DNA of 64,000 nt from Sarea resinae (Eukaryota), in assembly GCA_026026165.1 (NCBI GenBank), contig JAPEUD010000004.1:62001-126000 (forward strand). The letters run 5' to 3'. This document shows positions 63,177 to 64,000 of this stretch, in pieces. The position numbers were made by a program, and so were the translations under genes. The notes beneath the pieces were generated by a model. That model saw only the letters and a program-made list of their open reading frames with translations. It ran no database searches and was not told where the DNA came from. Every line of letters begins with the position of its first letter. The first letter of the stretch is position 1.

Positions 63177-64000
63177 CCGGGGGTAGCACGGAGCTGGTCT
63201 GGGGGAGTATCTTCTTATCAACGATTCTAGATGCTCGTGCATAGGTGGTCATGGGCACCATACACTCAAGATATTTAAATCGATGTCCAGTCTGCCTATT
63301 CGGGCATTCCTACTGCTAAAGCGCACCTTTGCATTGTAGGGGTTGCCCGCTTAGCAAATTGATGCACTGCCCCTTCCAACAACCCCGAGGAGTGGGGGAG
63401 AAGGAGAAGCTGTCCCAGGCACCGCCCTGACAAGTGGAACGAGCCGGACAAATCGTCCCAGCACGAAGCCACGAAACAAACTGCCAATATATATAATCAT
63501 ATATCGCACTTGCAGCAGTCGGCCTTGCAAACAATCGACAGACAGCACAGCCTACTTATTTCGAGGTTGCTTCCTGCCGTGTGTGAGCTTTTCACTGGGC
63601 AAGCACATTTCCTAGAGCGCTCGGCCTCTGGGACTCTGCCTTCGGCTCGCCTGCTTATCAGCGACAGATTGGGTAACGCCGCCATTTTATCGTCCCTTGG
63701 GCGGCTTAGCAGCGGTCGGGGCTGTCAGCCCTACCTCAAGGTAGGCACCAAGCTTAATTACGTATACCTTACTTTACTGTATGACGTACACTTTAGATGA
63801 CAAAAGAGCGTGCTGATGGCGAGGTGCCCTCCCAAACTTCATCATCGAGCAAAATATTATTAATTACCATAATGACTAATATCACACCGCATGGTCTTAT
63901 GATTGGTGCTGTGGGAAATGTTATGGAGATTATCACGTTCCCACATGACAATGGAAGACGCGAGGACGGAAAGCACCATCGCATTGCGCGATCCGCTCGG

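Noticed and set aside
1..64000. CRISPR arrays, rRNA, intact transposons, PKS/NRPS backbone genes
   Set aside because: No repeat-spacer array, rRNA signature, transposase/RT/integrase motif, terminal repeat or megasynthase domain was seen.

Overview
Eukaryotic, intron-rich DNA from a filamentous ascomycete (Pezizomycotina-type GT..CTRAC..AG introns of about 45-200 nt); the species cannot be determined from the sequence alone. The left arm (0-15.4 kb) holds a 6-phosphogluconate dehydrogenase-like gene, a divergent DUF1772/GST pair, an intron-containing tRNA-Pro(AGG), a broken APH-type kinase, an MFS carrier, a purine-cytosine permease, a secreted flavin polyamine oxidase and Y14/RBM8A. The right arm (37-64 kb) holds malic enzyme, ZNF207/BuGZ, a frameshifted F-box gene, a decayed internally duplicated ORF, a beta-mannosyltransferase-like protein, an MFS transporter, an alpha/beta hydrolase, an SDR, an NmrA-like protein, an SGNH-like protein and an Mpv17/PMP22 protein. 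Between the arms lies an apparent 21-22 kb gene desert. Manual splicing shows it contains four same-strand Clr5-domain genes (19.6, 25.0, 28.2 and 33.9 kb) that share one phase-2 intron position inside the domain. Two of them encode nothing but the 57-61 aa Clr5 domain and are largely invisible to the ORF track. This candidate Clr5 microprotein array is the main finding. All family calls come from motif recognition by eye; no database searches were run.
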